The notes under the pieces: model-generated
The model's database searches: none
Seen by the model: the letters and a program-made list of their open reading frames with translations, nothing else
What the model was told of the DNA's origin: nothing
Shown: piece by piece, positions 59,990 to 64,000 of the stretch
How positions within the stretch are numbered: position 1 is the first letter of the stretch
Layout: every line of letters begins with the position of its first letter
Translations under genes and position numbers: made by a program
Assembly (NCBI GenBank): GCA_965228475.1
Contig: OZ245817.1
Location: forward strand, 256,001-320,000
Source: Myxococcota bacterium
Lineage (GTDB): Bacteria; Myxococcota_A; UBA9160; JAFDDA01
Length of the DNA: 64,000 nucleotides
Reading direction: 5' to 3'

Positions 59990-62491
59990 ATGGCCGCCGG
60001 CGAACGCACAGCGACCCCCGAGACCTACCCCTTCGCCGAGATCGAACCCCTCTGGGAGGAGCGGTGGGAGGCCGCGGATCTCTTCCGCGCCGGCGCGCAC
60101 CCGGATCGGCCGAGCTGGTACGGCTACGAGTACCCGCCCTACCCGAACGGCAGCCTGCACATCGGGCACGCTCGCAACTACACCCTCGGCGACGTCTGCG
60201 CGCGGTTCCACCGCATGCGCGGCTTCGACGTGCTCTACACCCAGGGCTTCGACTCCTTCGGGCTGCCGAACGAGATCGCCGCGCGCGAGGAAGGATGCCA
60301 CCCGCGCGAGGTCACCGAGCGCTCGATCGCCACGATCTCGGACCAGTTCCGCCGGCTCGGCCTCTCCTACGACCGCAGCCACTTCATCGCCTACCACGAC
60401 CCGCACTACTACGTGCAGACCCAGCGGATCTTCCTGGCCCTCCTGGATGCCGATCTCGCCTACCGCGCGCGGGCGGCGGCCAACTGGTGCCCGACGTGCA
60501 GTACGACCCTCGCCGACGACCAGGCCCTCGAGGGGAACTGCTGGCGCTGCGGCCGGCCCGTCGAGACGCGGGTGCTCGACCAATGGTTCCTGCGGACGAC
60601 GCGCTACGCCCAGGCACTGCTCGACGGCCTCGACACCGTCCGCGACTGGCCCGACCACGCCCTCGCCCGCCAGCGTGCGTGGATCGGCCGCACGCCCGGC
60701 GTCGACGTGCGCCTCGAGATCGCCGAGCGCCCCGGCCGGGAGCTCGTCGCCTTCACGACCCAGCCCGAGCTGATCTACGCGATGAACTTTCTCACGCTCG
60801 CGCTCGAGCACCCCTTCCTGCTCGAGCTCGAGGCGGATGGGGCCCTCGCGCAGGGCGTTCTCGACGAGGTCGAGGACATGCGGCGGCAGCTCCGCTTCCG
60901 GGCCCGGAGCGCCCTGCGCGGTGCGCCGCGTCCGCCGACGCGCACGGTGGCCCTCGGTCTCCACGTCGTGCATCCGCTGACGGGCGAGCGCCTGCCGCTC
61001 CTCGCCGGAAACTACGTCGAGATCTCCTTCGCCACGGGCGCGGTGCTCGGCGCGCCCGCCCACGATCACAAGGACGGCGAGGTCGCGCGCCAGGCCGGGA
61101 TCGGCGAACGGGTGACCTTGCGTCCGCCGGACGGCGAAACGACCGGGGATCTCATCGCCTACGAAGAAGACTGGCGGCTCGTCGACGCCGGGGAGCTCAC
61201 GGGCGCGACCGTCGCCGAATCGAGGAGCCGCGTCGCCGAGGCCCTCGCCCGCGTCGACGGAGGCGGCGCGGCGGTGCGCTTCCGTCTGCGCGACTGGCTG
61301 GTTTCGCGCCAGCGCTTCTGGGGCGTTCCGATTCCCATCGTGCACTGCGTGGATTGCGGTGCGGTGCCCGTGCCCGACGGGGAACTTCCCATCGAGCTGC
61401 CCGACGAAGTCGACCTCGAGGTGGCGGGGAACCCGCTCGAAGCCTGTACGGCCTTCGTCGAGGCGCCCTGCCCTCGCTGCGCGGAGCCCGCCCGGCGCGA
61501 GACCGACACCATGGACACCTTCGTCAACACGACCTGGTTCCCCTGGCGCCACTGCATCCCCGCCGACCGCCCCTTCGATCTGCACTGTGCCGAGGTCGAG
61601 GAGCGCATGCCCGCGGACGTGACGATCGGCGGCGTCGACGTGCTCGAAGGTGCCTTCTTCCACGAACGCTTCCTCGCTCAAGCGATGCACGAGCTCGGCT
61701 GGATCGACTACACCGAGCCCGTCCGGCGCGCGCTCACCCACGAGATGGTGATCCGCAACGGTCGGAAGATGAGCAAATCCCTCGGGAATACCGTCGACCT
61801 CGACGACGTGATCGAGCGCTTCGGCGCCGACAGCCTGCGCACCGCGATCGTGTTCATGGCCCCCTGGCAGCGTCGGGTGGACTGGCAGGAGTCGAAGCTC
61901 GTCGATTGCCACCGCTTCCTCGCCGCGGTCTTCGATCTGGCGGAGCGTTTCGCTTCGTCCCTCGAGACGCACCGCGAGCCGCGCGAACGCACGGACGTGC
62001 TGGGCGCGATCCATCGCGAGACCGCGGCGATCACCGAATCCTTCGAGGGCTACCGCATGCACGTCGCCGTCCACGGGCTCATGCGCCTGCGGCGCACCGT
62101 CGAGCGCGCGGCGGAGGAGGGAGCGCGGCCGGATGCCGTGGAAGGCCTGTCCCGGCTGGTGCGCATGCTCTCGCCGCTCGCCCCGCACCTTGCCGAGGAA
62201 CTCTGGCGGCGGCTCGGCGGCGAGGGCTTCGTGAGCGTCGCCGCGTGGCCGGAGGTCGATGCGGCGCTCGCAGCGGAAGAGCGGCGGACCCTCCTCGTCC
62301 AGGTCGACGGCAAGAAGGTGGGTGCGATCGAAGTCTCACCCGATGCGGACGAGGCAGAGCTCGAAGCGCTCGCGCGGCCGATCGCAGAGCCGACACTCCA
62401 GGGTGTCGAGGTGCTGCGCACGATCTACGCCCAGCGCCGGAAGACCGACTGGATCAACTTCGTGACGAAGGCCCGCCGGGGCGGCGATTAG
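59990..62491 (+). CDS. Leucyl-tRNA synthetase paralog (class Ia) with a divergent amino-acid pocket
   Basis: PYPNGSLHIGH (HIGH), CPTC/CWRC Zn knuckle, CP1 editing domain (FTTQPEL, GAPAHDHKD), LRDWLVSRQRFWGVPIP, RETDTMDTF, KMSKS, C-terminal VQVDGK domain. Confidence 0.9.
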   Translation: MAAGERTATPETYPFAEIEPLWEERWEAADLFRAGAHPDRPSWYGYEYPPYPNGSLHIGHARNYTLGDVCARFHRMRGFDVLYTQGFDSFGLPNEIAAREEGCHPREVTERSIATISDQFRRLGLSYDRSHFIAYHDPHYYVQTQRIFLALLDADLAYRARAAANWCPTCSTTLADDQALEGNCWRCGRPVETRVLDQWFLRTTRYAQALLDGLDTVRDWPDHALARQRAWIGRTPGVDVRLEIAERPGRELVAFTTQPELIYAMNFLTLALEHPFLLELEADGALAQGVLDEVEDMRRQLRFRARSALRGAPRPPTRTVALGLHVVHPLTGERLPLLAGNYVEISFATGAVLGAPAHDHKDGEVARQAGIGERVTLRPPDGETTGDLIAYEEDWRLVDAGELTGATVAESRSRVAEALARVDGGGAAVRFRLRDWLVSRQRFWGVPIPIVHCVDCGAVPVPDGELPIELPDEVDLEVAGNPLEACTAFVEAPCPRCAEPARRETDTMDTFVNTTWFPWRHCIPADRPFDLHCAEVEERMPADVTIGGVDVLEGAFFHERFLAQAMHELGWIDYTEPVRRALTHEMVIRNGRKMSKSLGNTVDLDDVIERFGADSLRTAIVFMAPWQRRVDWQESKLVDCHRFLAAVFDLAERFASSLETHREPRERTDVLGAIHRETAAITESFEGYRMHVAVHGLMRLRRTVERAAEEGARPDAVEGLSRLVRMLSPLAPHLAEELWRRLGGEGFVSVAAWPEVDAALAAEERRTLLVQVDGKKVGAIEVSPDADEAELEALARPIAEPTLQGVEVLRTIYAQRRKTDWINFVTKARRGGD

Positions 62492-62502
62492 AGGCCAGGG
62501 GT

Positions 62503-62736
62503 TGGTGCCGAAGACGGGATTCGAACCCGCAGCAACGATCCATTCCGGAGCTTGATCCGAGCGCCGGATTGCAGGCTCTCCCGAGACGCCCTGCACCAGC
62601 GGGATCGACGACGGCCCGGGCTTTCCCGGGAATCTCCCCACGGGGGTAACCAATCCCCGCCTCAAGATTTCGCTCCGTTCAGTACGCCGCACGTGGCCCT
62701 CGACCACGCGTGAAGTTCCTGTTTCACTACTTCGGC
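62503..62736 (-). tRNA. tRNA-Leu(GAG)-like RNA, 234 nt, with a 161-nt structured variable region and C33
   Basis: GCCGAAG/CTTCGGC 7-bp acceptor stem + A-CCA; U8-A9; D arm GTG..GG..CAC; anticodon arm CGTGG-TCGAGGG-CCACG; T arm GCGGG-TTCGAAT-CCCGT. Confidence 0.85.
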
Positions 62737-62744
62737 CCGTCTCG

Positions 62745-62774
62745 ATCGTACGGCCGGGCTCCCGCGCAGGTCAA
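62745..62774 (-). promoter_or_regulatory. sigma70-type promoter of the tRNA-like gene
   Basis: Minus strand TTGACC(62774-62769)-N18-TACGAT(62750-62745), 8 nt before the 5' G. Confidence 0.75.
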
Positions 62775-62888
62775 CCGGAGGGGCTTCCCGGCCTCGGTGC
62801 GGTCCGGTTCGGGCCGGGCTTGATTTAGTCGCTTGATCAAGGATATTGTTCGCCCGACTAAACCCCTCGCGCCCGAGGAGGGCCGCCG

Positions 62889-63350
62889 ATGGCGCCCGAA
62901 TCCCTTCCCTACGCACTCGAAATCTGGGACAACGCCGCCCGCCTGGCGCTCCCCATCTGGCTGAAGGCCTGGCTCGGCTTCCTGGCTCTGAGCTTCCTGG
63001 CCTCGCTGGCCTTTGTCCGCACGGAGCGAACCGCCCGCATCGTCCTCGCGAGCTTCGTGGCGAGCCACCTCGGGCTCGTCGTGCTCGGACTCGCCGGCGT
63101 GACGATCCGCACGGGGCTCGTCTCCCTGGCCCACATCGTCGCCTGGACGCCGGGGCTGATCGCCCTCCTGCGAACGATCCCGAAGACCGAGAGCGGCTCG
63201 CGCTTCGGCCTCTGGTGCCGGACGGTGGCCGCGGTCATCGTCGTCGCCTTCGTCTTCGATCTGCGCGACGCCGGCTCCTATCTCTATCACCACGCGGTCG
63301 GCCATCCGGTGCTCGAGGCCGGCGCGGCGGGCGAAGGGAGCGACGCATGA
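62889..63350 (+). CDS. Hypothetical 4-TM membrane protein
   Basis: RBS GAGGAGG; hydrophobic segments; AHIVAWTP, FVFDLRD. Confidence 0.7.
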   Translation: MAPESLPYALEIWDNAARLALPIWLKAWLGFLALSFLASLAFVRTERTARIVLASFVASHLGLVVLGLAGVTIRTGLVSLAHIVAWTPGLIALLRTIPKTESGSRFGLWCRTVAAVIVVAFVFDLRDAGSYLYHHAVGHPVLEAGAAGEGSDA

Positions 63351-63757
63351 ACCGCCGCCGAACCTCGCCTGCGCTGATCCTCACTGCCCTCCTGGCCGCG
63401 GGCTGCGGCGGGCCGATCCTCGTCTTCCCGGGCGGAGAACTCTCGGGGGAGGTCGTCGACGAGCCCGTCGAGGATTGGTCCTTCGTGACGTCGACCTTCA
63501 TCGATCTCGAGACCCGGCCGGGCGACCCCTACTCCGTCGAGCTCAACTACGTGGTGAAGGACGGCAAGCTCTACATCGACCCGGCAGAGGGGAAGCGCTG
63601 GCTCGAACACATCCGCGCGGATCCGCGCGTGCGCGCCCGCTTCGACGGGAAGATCTATCCGCTCGAAGCCATCCTCGTCGGCAAGCCCGGGGAGCTTCCG
63701 GGCTTCGACGCGGACCGCTTCATCTACCGGCTGGATCCGCGCTCGCCAGCCGGCTGA
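63347..63757 (+). CDS. Small lipoprotein, DUF2255/split-barrel-like
   Basis: AAG-CGGP lipobox, PGGELSG, LETRPGDPYSV; paralog of 46666-47118. Confidence 0.7.
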   Translation: MNRRRTSPALILTALLAAGCGGPILVFPGGELSGEVVDEPVEDWSFVTSTFIDLETRPGDPYSVELNYVVKDGKLYIDPAEGKRWLEHIRADPRVRARFDGKIYPLEAILVGKPGELPGFDADRFIYRLDPRSPAG

Positions 63758-63855
63758 GGGACGCGCCCCCTGGCTCGGTTGCATCTCGCCGCGAAGCCTG
63801 GGAAATTGTCCGCGATGGAGTTGTTCGGAAACGGCCGTCCAAGCGAGGTGCCGCG

Positions 63856-64000
63856 ATGAAGGTCGAGCCGACCGGCCAGGCGTGCGGCGCGGTCGTCGAG
63901 GGCGTCGACCTGACGGCGCCGCTCTCGCCCGAGTGCGTGGCGGACCTCCGGGCCGCCTGGCTCGAACATCACGTGCTCGTCTTCCCGGACCAGCCGATGA
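63856..64000 (+). CDS. TauD/TfdA family dioxygenase, N-terminal part (truncated by the window end)
   Basis: RBS GAGGTG; MKVEPTGQACGAVVEGVDL...LRAAWLEHHVLVFPDQ. Confidence 0.85.
   Translation, partial: MKVEPTGQACGAVVEGVDLTAPLSPECVADLRAAWLEHHVLVFPDQPM

Noticed and set aside
62503..62530. tRNA 3'-end duplication (att site) of an integrated element
   Set aside because: The matching 5' half, with a perfectly complementary acceptor strand and a promoter, lies about 200 nt away, and there is no integrase in the window.
62531..62691. Group I or group II intron in the tRNA gene
   Set aside because: The insert is in the variable-arm position rather than the anticodon loop, is only 161 nt, and I see no group I core/terminal G or group II GUGYG and domain V signatures. 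A CM search is still needed.
62503..62736. tmRNA or tRNA-Sec
   Set aside because: No G3:U70 alanine identity or tag ORF, a full anticodon arm is present, the anticodon is GAG rather than UCA, and the fold is 7/5.
63799..63813. Fourth TGGGA-N5-TCCCA site (TGGGAAATTGTCCGC) upstream of the TauD gene
   Set aside because: Only an 8/10 arm match and far from the DUF6502 locus; may be chance.

Overview
High-GC bacterial chromosome segment, Myxococcota-like as judged from PEP-CTERM and MYXO-CTERM-like sorting tails (inference). It holds about 58 protein genes, mostly catabolic, transport and regulatory: S1P-lyase-like/omega-transaminase, betA/BCCT, an RND pump, a xylose-type ABC transporter, monomeric IDH, PPK2, several TetR/IclR/AraC regulators with visible operators, and c-type cytochromes. 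No mobile element or CRISPR array was found. The standout is at 59990-62774. A full-length leucyl-tRNA synthetase paralog has intact HIGH/KMSKS motifs but every classical leucine-pocket residue replaced. It ends 11 nt from a convergent 234-nt tRNA-Leu(GAG)-like gene with perfect acceptor, anticodon and T arms, A73-CCA, its own sigma70-type promoter, C instead of U at position 33, and a 161-nt multi-hairpin variable region. A second candidate system is a DUF6502/DUF5666 pair with three copies of a TGGGA-N5-TCCCA palindrome, two over the promoter of a neighbouring secreted-protein/beta-barrel operon and one over its own promoter. All family assignments were made by eye from motifs; no database search was run.
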